Part shown: one piece after another, positions 26,970 through 37,138 of the stretch | Position numbering within the stretch: position 1 is the stretch's first letter | Layout: each line of letters starts with the position of its first letter | Assembly: GCA_006844605.1 (NCBI GenBank) | Contig: SPJN01000001.1 | Coordinates: forward strand, 74,024 to 138,023 | From: Hyphomicrobiales bacterium | GTDB lineage: Bacteria > Pseudomonadota > Alphaproteobacteria > SPJN01 | Length of the DNA: 64,000 nucleotides | Direction of reading: 5' to 3' | Made by a program: the position numbers and the translations under genes | Notes under the pieces: generated by a model | Seen by the model: only the letters and a program-made list of their open reading frames with translations | What the model was told of the DNA's origin: nothing | Database searches by the model: none

Positions 26970-28019
26970 ATGAACCTGCCTGTTTCGTTTCGCCGTTTGA
27001 TGATTGCATCAACGCTTTTAGTGGTTTCTGCCGCGCCCATGGCTGTGGCGCAAGACACGCCCCTGTTGGTTGAGGTTGCTGCCGCAACCAACGCCGCCTT
27101 GACCGATCCGATTAAGGCACTGGGAACGTTAAAGCCGCGCGAGGCGGTGGATATCACTTCATCGGTTTCAGATAAGGTGCAGACAGTGCATGTGGCCGAT
27201 GGGGCCACTGTTGATGCGGGCGACCTGTTGGTCAGCCTTGAAAGTGCCGAGGAAAAGGCAGCTGTGCGTGCCGCTGCAGCCTTGGTTGAAGAACGCCGGC
27301 TGTCATATCGGCGGGCGCAGGATTTGGCAGAACGCAAGTCAGGCCCGCTGGCATTGGCCGAAGAACGCAGGGCAGCCTATGAACAGGCGGTGGCAGGGCT
27401 GGAAACAGCGCAGGCCCGCCTTGCTGATCGGCAGTTGCGCGCGCCATTTGCGGGGCAGTTGGGGTTCAAGCGTGTCAGCCCCGGTGCGCTGGTGCGCCCT
27501 GCGGATGTCATAATCTCCCTATGGGATACCCAAATGCTCTATCTGGACTTTACGGTGTCTGACCGTCATTTGGCCGCGCTGAAAAAGGGATTGTCGGTCA
27601 ATGCGACCGCAACGGCCTATCCTAAACGTGTATTTCAAGGGACGGTTGACCTTGTGAACCCGGCGGTTGATGCGTTGACCCGTGCGGTGACGGTGCGGGC
27701 ATTGCTTGACAACAGTGACGGCGCGCTGAAACCCGGCATGGCCCTGCAGGTGACCCTGAACAAGTCGCCGCGTGACGCCCTGATGATCCCTGAAGAAGCA
27801 TTGGTGCCATCCGATCAGGGGCAAAGGGTGTTCGTAATTGCGCCAACTGAACCGGGATTGGGAACAGTTTCGCAATCCATCGTTCAGTTGGGTGCGCGCC
27901 GACCCGGGAGTGTTGAAATTCTATCTGGCCTTGTGCCGGGTCAATTGGTTGTGACGCGCGGTACTTTACGTGTGCGCCCGGGCCAAACTGTCCGCTTCAA
28001 GGCGGAGGCTGCGCAGTGA
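26970..28019 (+). CDS. RND efflux periplasmic adaptor (membrane fusion protein)
   Basis: Signal peptide, coiled-coil hairpin and beta-barrel domains. The stop overlaps the start of the RND pump (GTGA). Confidence 0.85.
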   Translation: MNLPVSFRRLMIASTLLVVSAAPMAVAQDTPLLVEVAAATNAALTDPIKALGTLKPREAVDITSSVSDKVQTVHVADGATVDAGDLLVSLESAEEKAAVRAAAALVEERRLSYRRAQDLAERKSGPLALAEERRAAYEQAVAGLETAQARLADRQLRAPFAGQLGFKRVSPGALVRPADVIISLWDTQMLYLDFTVSDRHLAALKKGLSVNATATAYPKRVFQGTVDLVNPAVDALTRAVTVRALLDNSDGALKPGMALQVTLNKSPRDALMIPEEALVPSDQGQRVFVIAPTEPGLGTVSQSIVQLGARRPGSVEILSGLVPGQLVVTRGTLRVRPGQTVRFKAEAAQ

Positions 28020-31000
28020 TCCTATCTGACGTTTCTGTAAAGCGGCCTGTCTTCGCCGCTGTCTTAAGCCTGTTGATGGTGACATTCGGCACCATTTCGT
28101 TTGAGCGTCTTTCGTTGCGCGAATATCCTGATATTGACCCGCCCGTTGTGACGATTGATACGCGTTATCCCGGCGCGTCAGCTGAAATTGTAGATAACCG
28201 CATCACCGAAACGATTGAGGATCGGGTGTCAGGCATCAGCGGTGTGCGCTTCATCTCCTCGCAATCAAGTCCGGGCCGTTCACGCGTCACGATTGAGTTT
28301 GAGTTGGGCCGCGATGTTTCCGATGCGGCCAATGATATTCGTGATCGTGTCGGCGGTTTGCTCGACAACTTGCCCGATCAGGCCGAACCGCCAGAAGTTG
28401 AGAAAGCTGATGGCGATGATTCTGTCATGATGTGGATTCATCTGGTCAGTGACCGTCATGATCTGATGGACCTGACAGACTACGCGGAACGCCATTTGGT
28501 TGACCGGTTTTCCGCTATCAGCGGTGTGGCGCGCGCCCGCGTGTCGGGTGGCAAGGTGCCAGCCATGCGTATTTGGCTTGATAAGGTGGCGATGGCTGCG
28601 CGCGGTATCACCGCGCCGGATATTGAGGCGGCCTTGCTGCGTGAGAATATTGAACTTCCCGCAGGGCGTATTGAAACGCCGGGGCGGTTGATCGGCATGC
28701 GGCTTGAACGATCCTATAAAACGGTTGAAGATTTTCAGGCCCTTGTGATCCGTGAAGGCGCAGACGGGCATCTGGTACAATTGTCTGATGTCGCGCGCAT
28801 TGAACGGGCCCCGCGAGAGGAAAGAACGCTGTTTCGTGGCAATGGCGTGCCCATGGTTGGCATCGGTGTCGTCAGACAAAGCCAGTCAAACGCGTTGGAG
28901 GTTGCCTATAAAGTCCGCGCTGAGGTTGAGCGCCTGCGTAATGGCCTGCCTGAGGCGATGGACCTGAAGTTAAGCTATGACAAAACAATATTTGTCGAAG
29001 GGGCGGTTAAGGAAGTTTACAAAACGCTGGGTATTGCGATCATCTTTGTGATTGGCGTGATCTATCTGTTCTTGGGGTCGGTCCGCGCCATGATTGTGCC
29101 TGCTGTCACGGTGCCGGTGTCTTTGGTGGCAACCTTTACGGTGATTTATGCGCTGGGTTTTTCGATCAATCTGCTGACCTTGCTGGCGCTGGTGCTTGCC
29201 ATTGGTCTTGTGGTTGATGATGCGATTGTGGTGCTGGAAAATATAGTCCGCCGCATGAAGGAGGAGGGCGAGCCACCCTTGCGTGCCGCCTATCTTGGTG
29301 CGCGGCAGGTTGGGTTTGCTGTTGTGGCGACAACGCTTGTGCTTGTGTCGGTCTTTGTGCCGCTTGCCTTTTTGGAAGGTGATGTCGGGCGGCTGTTTAC
29401 TGAATTTGCGCTGACGATGGCAGTTGCGGTTGTCTTCTCGTCCATCACGGCGCTTAGTCTGTCTGCCATGCTGGCGTCGAAATTGTTGAAGCCCAGCAGT
29501 CATTCAACAATGGCATCACGCTTGGTCGATAACAGCTTTTCACGCCTGCAGGGTGCCTATCAGCGTGGCCTTGATACAAGCCTGCGCCATCCGTGGGTCG
29601 TGTTGATTGTCTTTGTCAGCTTGCTTGGTGGCACGGCGGCACTGTTCAACGCCTTGCCGCGTGAGTATGCCCCTGCAGAAGATCGCGGCATATTCTTTAT
29701 GTCGGTTAAGGGGCCTGAAGGGGCGACCTATGACTATATGAAGGCGTATGGGGATGAGATTGAGGAACGGCTGACCCCATTGATTGAGAACGGTGATATA
29801 AGCCGGTTATTGCTGCGCGTGCCGATTAGCTTTGGCAATCCAGAAAGTTTTAACTCCGCCGCTGCCATCGTCGTGCTGAATGATTTTGATAAACGACGTG
29901 ATGCCTTCACCATTATCGAGGATGTAAAGGCGCGGCTGCATGATTTAAGCGGTGTGCGCGTCTTCCCGTCTATGCGGCGTGCCTTTGGTAAGCGATCATC
30001 AAGCCCGGTGCAGTTTGTAATCGGGGGCGGTTCTTACGAAGAATTGGTCGTGTGGCGTGACATGATGTTGGCCGCTATCGCTGATCGTGACGGGCTTGGC
30101 GTTGTGGATGTGGATTCAGATTTCAAACAAACCCAACCGCAAATTCGGATAGATATAGATAAAACCCGGGCAGGTGATTTGGGTGTGCCTATCGGTGATG
30201 TGGGGGTGACCCTTGAAACCATGTTGTCCGGGCGCATTGCGGGCCGCTTCATAGAAAATGGTGAAGAATATGATGTGGTGATCGAGGGGGAGCGGGCGCA
30301 ACGTCAATCCCCCGCAGATGTCACCGATATTCATGTGCGGTCGCGGAACGATGGCCTGTTGGTGCCGCTTGATCAATTGATCAGCTTTGAAGAACAGGCA
30401 ACCTCGAACACCTTGCCGCGCTATAATCGGGTGCGAGCCATAACCATCACGGGCGATTTGGCAGAAGGGGTGCCCCTGGGCACCGCGCTGGATAATCTGG
30501 ATGAGTTGGCGCGCGAGATTTTGCCGGAGGCAGCCTCAATCGATTACAAGGGGGAAAGCCGGGATTTGCGTTATGATTCCGGTTCGCTCGACTTCGTATT
30601 GATTTTGGGGATTGTCATCGTCTTTTTGGTGTTGGCGGCACAATTTGAAAGTTTTGTGCATCCACTGGTCATCATGTTGACGGTGCCGCTGGCCATCGGC
30701 GGGGCGTTGTTGGGGATTTGGCTGACGGGCGGATCGCTTAACATTCAGACGCAAATTGGTTTGGTGATGCTGGTGGGGTTGGCGGCCAAAAACGGCATTT
30801 TGATCGTGGAATTCGCCAATCAGCTGCGCGGTCAGGGCCGGGCGTTTGATGACGCCATTCGGGAGGCGAGCCTGCTGCGCTTGCGGCCCATTATCATGAC
30901 CGGGATCACAACGGCTATCGGTGCTGTGCCGTTGATACTGGCCAGCGGGCCGGGATTTGAAATGCGGGCGGCGATTGGCGTGACAATCTTTTTCGGTGTG

Positions 31001-31135
31001 GTGATCGCCACATGCCTGACGATATTTGTGGTGCCTGTTGCCTATAAGATTTTGGCGCGTGGCACAAAAAGCGCCAGTGCCGTTGCCGACCAGCTGGCGG
31101 GGGAGTTGTCAGCCCCACAAGGCGGCGGCGAATGA
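28016..31135 (+). CDS. RND efflux permease (AcrB/HAE1 family)
   Basis: 1039 aa, 12 TM segments with two large periplasmic loops, and a conserved TM4 region (LLALVLAIGLVVDDAIVV). Confidence 0.9.
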   Translation: MILSDVSVKRPVFAAVLSLLMVTFGTISFERLSLREYPDIDPPVVTIDTRYPGASAEIVDNRITETIEDRVSGISGVRFISSQSSPGRSRVTIEFELGRDVSDAANDIRDRVGGLLDNLPDQAEPPEVEKADGDDSVMMWIHLVSDRHDLMDLTDYAERHLVDRFSAISGVARARVSGGKVPAMRIWLDKVAMAARGITAPDIEAALLRENIELPAGRIETPGRLIGMRLERSYKTVEDFQALVIREGADGHLVQLSDVARIERAPREERTLFRGNGVPMVGIGVVRQSQSNALEVAYKVRAEVERLRNGLPEAMDLKLSYDKTIFVEGAVKEVYKTLGIAIIFVIGVIYLFLGSVRAMIVPAVTVPVSLVATFTVIYALGFSINLLTLLALVLAIGLVVDDAIVVLENIVRRMKEEGEPPLRAAYLGARQVGFAVVATTLVLVSVFVPLAFLEGDVGRLFTEFALTMAVAVVFSSITALSLSAMLASKLLKPSSHSTMASRLVDNSFSRLQGAYQRGLDTSLRHPWVVLIVFVSLLGGTAALFNALPREYAPAEDRGIFFMSVKGPEGATYDYMKAYGDEIEERLTPLIENGDISRLLLRVPISFGNPESFNSAAAIVVLNDFDKRRDAFTIIEDVKARLHDLSGVRVFPSMRRAFGKRSSSPVQFVIGGGSYEELVVWRDMMLAAIADRDGLGVVDVDSDFKQTQPQIRIDIDKTRAGDLGVPIGDVGVTLETMLSGRIAGRFIENGEEYDVVIEGERAQRQSPADVTDIHVRSRNDGLLVPLDQLISFEEQATSNTLPRYNRVRAITITGDLAEGVPLGTALDNLDELAREILPEAASIDYKGESRDLRYDSGSLDFVLILGIVIVFLVLAAQFESFVHPLVIMLTVPLAIGGALLGIWLTGGSLNIQTQIGLVMLVGLAAKNGILIVEFANQLRGQGRAFDDAIREASLLRLRPIIMTGITTAIGAVPLILASGPGFEMRAAIGVTIFFGVVIATCLTIFVVPVAYKILARGTKSASAVADQLAGELSAPQGGGE

Positions 31136-32092
31136 ATGGGCGCGCCCTGCGCCAAGTTTAAGCGGTGGGGACACATCCTGCTTTAACATGCTGGCACCAT
31201 CCAAATCGCAAAAGTCAGCTTGGCTTGCCACGACAAAGGCAGGGGCCATGGCCCGTGATGTGCCGATCATGCAGCCGACCATCACCTTGAATTGTTGCGC
31301 CCTTGCGGCGTGAAGCAAGTGCAGCGCGGCGGTCAGGCCGCCTGTTTTATCCAGCTTGATATTCACAAATTGATAGCGGCCAACAAGCATCGGCAGGTCA
31401 TCAGCAGTTTTGCAGGCCTCGTCCGCTGCAAGCGGTATGGGGCAATCAATTGTGTCCAGCGCCGCATCTTGGCCTGCGGGCAGGGGTTGTTCTATCAGGC
31501 TGACCCGGTGCTTGGTTAATACAGGTATGATTTGCTGCAACAGGTCAGGCGTCCAACTTTCATTGGCATCGACAAACAGTTCTGCGGTTGGCAGGGCGTG
31601 GCGCACAGCGGCAAGCCTGTCGTCGATCAGCTCTGCGTTCAATTTGATTTTAACCAGATCATAGTCGCGCAGGGTGTTTGCGGCCCTTGCCATCTTTTCA
31701 GGCGTATCAATTGAAATTGTGTAATCCGCCCGCACCGGGTCGGTTGGCTCATCCAGTCCCAATATTTGCCAGATGCGCTTGCCTTCCTGTTTGCAGCGCA
31801 AATCCCACAGGGCGCAATCAAGCGCATTGCGCGCTGACCCGGCAGGCAACAGCTCAAGCAAATCATCATTACTGATCGTGCCGCTTTCGATTTGGGGACG
31901 GATAGCCGCCAGCTCCTGCAAGTCACCCGCTGGGCTGCGCCCCAAAAATGGTTTCGGCGTTGCCTCACCCCGGCCAATATGGCTGCCTTCTGAAAGTTCA
32001 ACACAGGTCAGCGCGACCTCGTCAAAGCCTTCGCGAGCCAGCACAAAGGGGACGGTCAGCTGTCGCTGGTCGGTATATGCGGTCAGTTTCAT
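31109..32092 (-). CDS. enolase-superfamily dipeptide epimerase (L-Ala-D/L-Glu epimerase-like)
   Basis: KxK (VKIKL) and the metal ligands D(FVDANE), E(IEQP) and D(AADE), with a second base in KLDKTGG. About 327 aa. Confidence 0.7.
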   Translation of the reverse strand: MKLTAYTDQRQLTVPFVLAREGFDEVALTCVELSEGSHIGRGEATPKPFLGRSPAGDLQELAAIRPQIESGTISNDDLLELLPAGSARNALDCALWDLRCKQEGKRIWQILGLDEPTDPVRADYTISIDTPEKMARAANTLRDYDLVKIKLNAELIDDRLAAVRHALPTAELFVDANESWTPDLLQQIIPVLTKHRVSLIEQPLPAGQDAALDTIDCPIPLAADEACKTADDLPMLVGRYQFVNIKLDKTGGLTAALHLLHAARAQQFKVMVGCMIGTSRAMAPAFVVASQADFCDLDGASMLKQDVSPPLKLGAGRAHSFAAALWG

Positions 32093-32183
32093 GGGCAAAC
32101 CATACTGAAATCAGATGATTCTGGGTATGGTTTCGCACGCCCTTTGGTGCCTGGCTTCTGAATTCGCAATTGGTGTGATTTAG

Positions 32184-32212
32184 TTGACAATGTATACTAT
32201 ATGCGTAAATAT
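32184..32212 (+). promoter_or_regulatory. candidate sigma70-type promoter (TTGACA-N16/17-TAAATAT) upstream of the SDR/sulfotransferase operon
   Basis: Seen directly: tagTTGACAatgtatactatatgcgTAAATAT, about 115 nt upstream of the ATG at 32326. Confidence 0.35.
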
Positions 32213-32325
32213 CCTGCCTAGATATTGCGAATAATGACAGTTTTGGGGTCGGAAATTGCCAACCTGCCGTGTGGGGTGGGGTGGTGATGGCCCAACAGGG
32301 TGGCAACAGGGCAGGGAATAATACA

Positions 32326-33093
32326 ATGACAAACGGACGTTTGGCCGGACGGGTTGGGCTTGTCACCGGTGCGGGGCAAGGTGTTGGTGCCGGTATTGCC
32401 AAGGCGCTGGTCGCCGACGGCGCTTCTGTGATGTTGGCTGGGCGCACCCTGTCAAAGGTTGAGGATCAGGCGGAGGCATTGGCCCGCGCAGGCGGCACGG
32501 TCACCGCCATGGCATGCGACGTCACTGATCGTGACGCATTGATTGCCGCTGTTGATACGACCGCCGGGCATTTCGGTAAGCTGGATATTTTGGTGAACAA
32601 TGCGCAGCAGGTGCCGCTTGGCCCCCTTCATAAACTTGATGACGATGCGGTTGAGGCAGGTTGGCAGTCAGGTCCAATGGCGGTTCTGCGGGCTATGCGT
32701 GCGGCATTACCCCATATGAAGGCAGCAGGCGGCGGGGCCATTGTTAATTTGGGATCATCGTCTGCATTTCGGTGGGATAATGGCGGCTATGGTGCCTATG
32801 GCGCCGTCAAGGAAGCGATCCGCCAACTGACGCGTGCAGCCGCAAGCGAATGGGGACGGTATGATATTCGCGCCAATGTGATCCTGCCGCTTGGCAACTC
32901 CCCCGGCATGGCAATGTGGAGCGAGCATAACCCTGACGAGGCTGCTGCCTTTGTCAAAACTGTGCCATTGGGCCGTGTCGGTGATTGTGAAGACGATATT
33001 GGCCGTGCCGTCGCGTGGCTGTGCAGTGACGAGGCAGGCTATGTCACCGGACAGTCAATCGGCCTTGATGGCGGTCAGGCACGCTTGGTCTAG
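32326..33093 (+). CDS. SDR-family oxidoreductase
   Basis: TGAGQGVGAGIA Rossmann motif and a YxxxK active site (YGAYGAVK). Confidence 0.8.
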   Translation: MTNGRLAGRVGLVTGAGQGVGAGIAKALVADGASVMLAGRTLSKVEDQAEALARAGGTVTAMACDVTDRDALIAAVDTTAGHFGKLDILVNNAQQVPLGPLHKLDDDAVEAGWQSGPMAVLRAMRAALPHMKAAGGGAIVNLGSSSAFRWDNGGYGAYGAVKEAIRQLTRAAASEWGRYDIRANVILPLGNSPGMAMWSEHNPDEAAAFVKTVPLGRVGDCEDDIGRAVAWLCSDEAGYVTGQSIGLDGGQARLV

Positions 33094-33101
33094 GGATAAT
33101 A

Positions 33102-34208
33102 ATGATGAACAAATCAATCGACGAGCAAGTCACCAGCGGCGCGGCATGGGCGCAATTCTGCGATGACCTGAAGGCGGTGGGTGACTTGCTGCTACAACCG
33201 GAAAATCCGCAGGATGCGTTTACGCAAGCCGAAGGGATGCGGTATCTGTCCCGCCTGACGCGGATGGGGCTTGAAAACTTTTTGGAATATCGCGACCCGC
33301 TGTTCCCGGTGTTTCGTCGTTCCTGTCATGAAACGATCAAGCTGGGTGGTGATAACCCGGACAATCATTATGCCAATGCGCAGATTGACGGATCGTTTGA
33401 CTACAAGATCACAGGGTCGCGCGGGTCTGTTCACTATTTGGGGATCGGAACCCAATCCGGCAATTACGGCAAGGACGGGACGTTGCAAACCATCGGCTTT
33501 ATCGATGCCGATAAGGATATTGCGATTAATGATGATGGCAGTTTTGAAATCATCGTGTCGCAAACAGAACAGCCGGGCAATTGGCTGAAGATGACAGACG
33601 GTACGGGCATGGTGCTGGTGCGCCAAACCTTTCATGATCGCGAAACAGAAACCCCTGCTGTGCTGACGATTGAACGGCTAAATGCAGAGGGTGAGGCCCC
33701 TGCACCCCTGTCGTCGCAACGTATCGCGCATGGGTTGATGGCGGCCAGCCGCTACGTGGCAGGCTCCGTCAAGTTGTTCTTGGAATGGAGCCATGAGTTC
33801 CGCACCTATGACCTCAACACGTTCAAAATGCTGGATCATAAACGCGCCCAGCGTGTCGGGGGCGATCCCAATATACGCTATTTTTATGGGTGGTATGATT
33901 TCGCAGATGATGAGGCATTGGTGATCACCACACCGCTGCCTGAATGTGATTACTGGAATATCCAATTGTGCAATTTTTGGATGGAAAGTTTTGATTATCG
34001 CTATCACCGGGTTCATCTGAACCACCACCTTGCGCAAAATGACGGCAAGACGGCTGAGGTTGTGGTGGCGCACAGGCAGCTGGATCACCCCAACGCCATC
34101 GAAACGGCAGGCCATAAGGAAGGCGTGTTGATGTGGCGCTGGATCGGCGCATCTGATCACCCTGTCCCGCAAGTGCGCAAGGTGAAGATAAGCGAGATTG
34201 CAGGATGA
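33102..34208 (+). CDS. conserved hypothetical protein, translationally coupled to sulfotransferase
   Basis: A 368-aa soluble protein with no recognisable catalytic motif by eye. Its stop overlaps the next start (ATGA at 34205-34208). Confidence 0.55.
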   Translation: MMNKSIDEQVTSGAAWAQFCDDLKAVGDLLLQPENPQDAFTQAEGMRYLSRLTRMGLENFLEYRDPLFPVFRRSCHETIKLGGDNPDNHYANAQIDGSFDYKITGSRGSVHYLGIGTQSGNYGKDGTLQTIGFIDADKDIAINDDGSFEIIVSQTEQPGNWLKMTDGTGMVLVRQTFHDRETETPAVLTIERLNAEGEAPAPLSSQRIAHGLMAASRYVAGSVKLFLEWSHEFRTYDLNTFKMLDHKRAQRVGGDPNIRYFYGWYDFADDEALVITTPLPECDYWNIQLCNFWMESFDYRYHRVHLNHHLAQNDGKTAEVVVAHRQLDHPNAIETAGHKEGVLMWRWIGASDHPVPQVRKVKISEIAG

Positions 34209-35383
34209 GCCGCATTCCCCTGGAACGTGATGCCCTGATGGCGGCGGCGGTGCAATCTGCCGGGCTGGACGATTTCGGCGATTTGTTTTTTATAGAGCCG
34301 TTGGATGTTTTGTTAAGCGCCCTCACAACCGAAGCTGATCTGAACGATGCGGCCCTGAAAGTGCGGCCCATGCAGTTGGTCAACAGTTTGGTCAATCGCC
34401 TGCGGACAGAGGATTACATCAAACGCCATCCGGAAATTTTGGATGAAGAAATTTTGGTCGATGCGGTAATTGTTGGTTTGCCGCGCACAGGCAGCACAAT
34501 GCTGCATCGCCTGTTGGCAGCTGATCCGGGCAATACCGCGATGCAGATGTGGGAAGGGGGGCAACCTGCGCCTTGGCCTGAAGAGGACTTGGGTACAGCA
34601 AAAGAGCTGGGGAATCCCATCGGCCGCCAGAAAATGGGCGAGAAGACCGCCGCCTATATTAATCAATCCAGCCCCGGCTTTGGTTCGATCCATGATGTGA
34701 ATGCCTATAGTCCAGAAGAAGAAATCCTGCTGCTGGAACATTGTTTCATGAGCTCAGTCCCTGAATCCGGTTTCTATATCCCCAGCTATACGGATTATCT
34801 AAAGGGCGCTGATCATTCGCGCGCCTATCAGGATTTGAAACGCTTTCTGCAATTCTTGCAATGGCAGCGCCCCGAACGGCGTGGCAAAAAATGGGTGCTG
34901 AAAACACCGCAGCATGTCCCGTTGGTTGATGTTGTGCTGAAGACGTTTCCCGGGGCCAAGATTGTCATGACCCATCGTGATCCGGTTGAAACCGTGCCCA
35001 GCTTTTGTTCGATGGTCGCGCATTATGCAGGGCCGTGGACCAATCACCTTGATGAAAAGGCGATCGGCAAATTGTGGGCCGATCGCTTGGCGTGGAACCT
35101 TGACCAGTTTATGCAGCAGCGTGATGCGCTGGGTGAGGCGCACTTTATCGATACTGACTACCGCAAGACCATCACTGATCCGCTTGGGGTGGCGCGTGAT
35201 CTGTACGCGCAGTTGGGCCGCACCGTCACCGCATCGGGTGCGGCGCAGATGAAAGAACATGCAGCGGCCAACAAGAAAAACAAACATGGCAAGCATCACT
35301 ATACCGCAGCGCAATTCGGGTTAAGTGACAGTGGCATTGCAGACCAGTTCGCTGCCTATCGTGGCCGATATATCAAAGGGTAA
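34205..35383 (+). CDS. PAPS-dependent sulfotransferase family protein
   Basis: 5'-PSB loop LPRTGSTMLHRLL and a downstream 3'-PB-like region. About 390 aa and cytoplasmic. Confidence 0.7.
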   Translation: MSRIPLERDALMAAAVQSAGLDDFGDLFFIEPLDVLLSALTTEADLNDAALKVRPMQLVNSLVNRLRTEDYIKRHPEILDEEILVDAVIVGLPRTGSTMLHRLLAADPGNTAMQMWEGGQPAPWPEEDLGTAKELGNPIGRQKMGEKTAAYINQSSPGFGSIHDVNAYSPEEEILLLEHCFMSSVPESGFYIPSYTDYLKGADHSRAYQDLKRFLQFLQWQRPERRGKKWVLKTPQHVPLVDVVLKTFPGAKIVMTHRDPVETVPSFCSMVAHYAGPWTNHLDEKAIGKLWADRLAWNLDQFMQQRDALGEAHFIDTDYRKTITDPLGVARDLYAQLGRTVTASGAAQMKEHAAANKKNKHGKHHYTAAQFGLSDSGIADQFAAYRGRYIKG

Positions 35384-35389
35384 TCACAA

Positions 35390-36172
35390 ATGTTGTTGAA
35401 AGATAAAGTTGTTCTGATCACAGGAATTGGCCCGGGCATGGGCCAGCACCTTGCCCGCATCGCTGCCGAAGAAGGCGCGAAAATCGCCATTTGCGCCCGC
35501 AACAAGGAACGGCTTGACGGTTATGCAGTTGATATCGCAAAGGCGGGCGGTGACGTGATTGCCATCCCGACAGATATTGCGGATGAAGGACAGGTTAGCC
35601 ATTTTGTGGACACCGCAGCACAGCATTATGGCCGTGTCGATGGGCTGGTGAACAGCGCCTATAAGCATGTGGGGTTTAAGCCGTTTGAGGATGCCGATCT
35701 GGATGTGTGGCGGGCCAGTATGGAAACCAATTTCTTTGGCACATTGTCTGTCACGCAGAAAGCGGTGCCCCATATGAAGGCGGCAGGCGGCGGGGCAATT
35801 GTGTCGGTCAACACAATGGCGAACCGGAAACCCATGGCGGGCGAGGGCGGCTATGCCAGTGCCAAGGCGGCAATGGCAGGCGCAACCCGTATGCTGGCCC
35901 AGGAGTTGGGGCAGTATAATATTCGCGTCAACTCAACCTTTATGGGGTGGTTATGGGGTCCTGGCGTGCAGGGATATGTTGCCCACACCGCCAAGGCACA
36001 AGGCGTTGACGAAGCGCAGATCATCAAGGGCATCACCCGCAATATCCCGCTGGGTGTGGTGCCGCCCGATGAAGAATGCGCCAAGACGGTTTTGATGTTC
36101 GTGTCGGACTATACAAAGATGGTCACCGGCGCGTCATTGGATGTGAATGGCGGCGAGTTTATGACGCCCTAA
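35390..36172 (+). CDS. SDR-family oxidoreductase
   Basis: ITGIGPGMGQHLA glycine motif and YASAKAAM (YxxxK). Confidence 0.85.
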   Translation: MLLKDKVVLITGIGPGMGQHLARIAAEEGAKIAICARNKERLDGYAVDIAKAGGDVIAIPTDIADEGQVSHFVDTAAQHYGRVDGLVNSAYKHVGFKPFEDADLDVWRASMETNFFGTLSVTQKAVPHMKAAGGGAIVSVNTMANRKPMAGEGGYASAKAAMAGATRMLAQELGQYNIRVNSTFMGWLWGPGVQGYVAHTAKAQGVDEAQIIKGITRNIPLGVVPPDEECAKTVLMFVSDYTKMVTGASLDVNGGEFMTP

Positions 36173-36197
36173 TTTTGGGTCGTGCAGGAGTTGAGCA

Positions 36198-36683
36198 ATG
36201 GCATTGGATCTTGAAGCAATTGAGCTGATTAAGCAGCTAAAGCACCGCTACTTTCGGTGTCTTGATATGGCCGACCATAATGAATTGGCCACAACATTGA
36301 CCGATGATGTGACGATTGATTATCAGGGCGGATCGTATCGTGCCCAATATGATAATCGTAGCGACTTTCTTGAATTTTTGGCTATGGCCTTTCATTCGCA
36401 GGCTGTGGCCCAGCATACCGCCCACCATCCTGAAATTGAGGTTGCTGCCGATGGCAAGACCGCGACGGGCAAATGGTATTTGCATGATATTTTCTGGGAT
36501 TTGAAATACCGCGTGAAAACATCAGGCGTTGCGCTTTACCAAGACAAATATGTCAAAACGGACGATGGCTGGAAAATCGCCCATTCAGGCTATACGCGGG
36601 TGTATGAGTTGGTTGAGAAGATTGAGGAAGACCCGCCCTTTACCGCCCGTCATTTGCAATCGGTGGGGCGGGTGCTGGATTAG
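36198..36683 (+). CDS. NTF2-like (SnoaL/ketosteroid-isomerase-like fold) protein
   Basis: 161 aa. The LIKQLKHRYFRCLDMAD N-terminus is typical of SnoaL-like/NTF2 family proteins. Confidence 0.55.
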   Translation: MALDLEAIELIKQLKHRYFRCLDMADHNELATTLTDDVTIDYQGGSYRAQYDNRSDFLEFLAMAFHSQAVAQHTAHHPEIEVAADGKTATGKWYLHDIFWDLKYRVKTSGVALYQDKYVKTDDGWKIAHSGYTRVYELVEKIEEDPPFTARHLQSVGRVLD

Positions 36684-37138
36684 TCTTTATCTTTGAAGGG
36701 TGTTTTGAAGGCACCTTTCAGGATTTTCCAGACGCCGCTGGCATTGGCAACGACGTTGCCATCGGCCAATAATTCACCTTGCACAAAAACCATCGACCCG
36801 CCGCGCGATACCTTGGTGGCAACCGCCTCCAGCACCATGCCTTCGGTAATCGCGCCAATGAAATTGGTAGTGAGCGAGACTGTGACCGCAGGCTGGTCAC
36901 CAATAAAGTGCCAGGCAGCAGCGCCCAAAGCCTCGTCCGCTATGGTCATGGTCAATCCACCATGAACGCGTGCGCCTGAATTAAGGTGACGCTCTTCGAT
37001 CTTCAGGCCAAACCAATGTTGCTGTGCGCCATCTGGCCCGTCTGTTATTTTGTGCCAAAACGGTCCGGCAATATCGCCGAAGGGGTCGTAATAATCGCCC
37101 TGTGCATAACCATCTGGCATAGTTGGTTGGTCGGTCAT
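36680..37138 (-). CDS. PaaI/YbgC-type hotdog-fold thioesterase
   Basis: 152 aa with HGGLTMTIADEALGAA, the hotdog-fold catalytic region. Confidence 0.7.
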   Translation of the reverse strand: MTDQPTMPDGYAQGDYYDPFGDIAGPFWHKITDGPDGAQQHWFGLKIEERHLNSGARVHGGLTMTIADEALGAAAWHFIGDQPAVTVSLTTNFIGAITEGMVLEAVATKVSRGGSMVFVQGELLADGNVVANASGVWKILKGAFKTPFKDKD

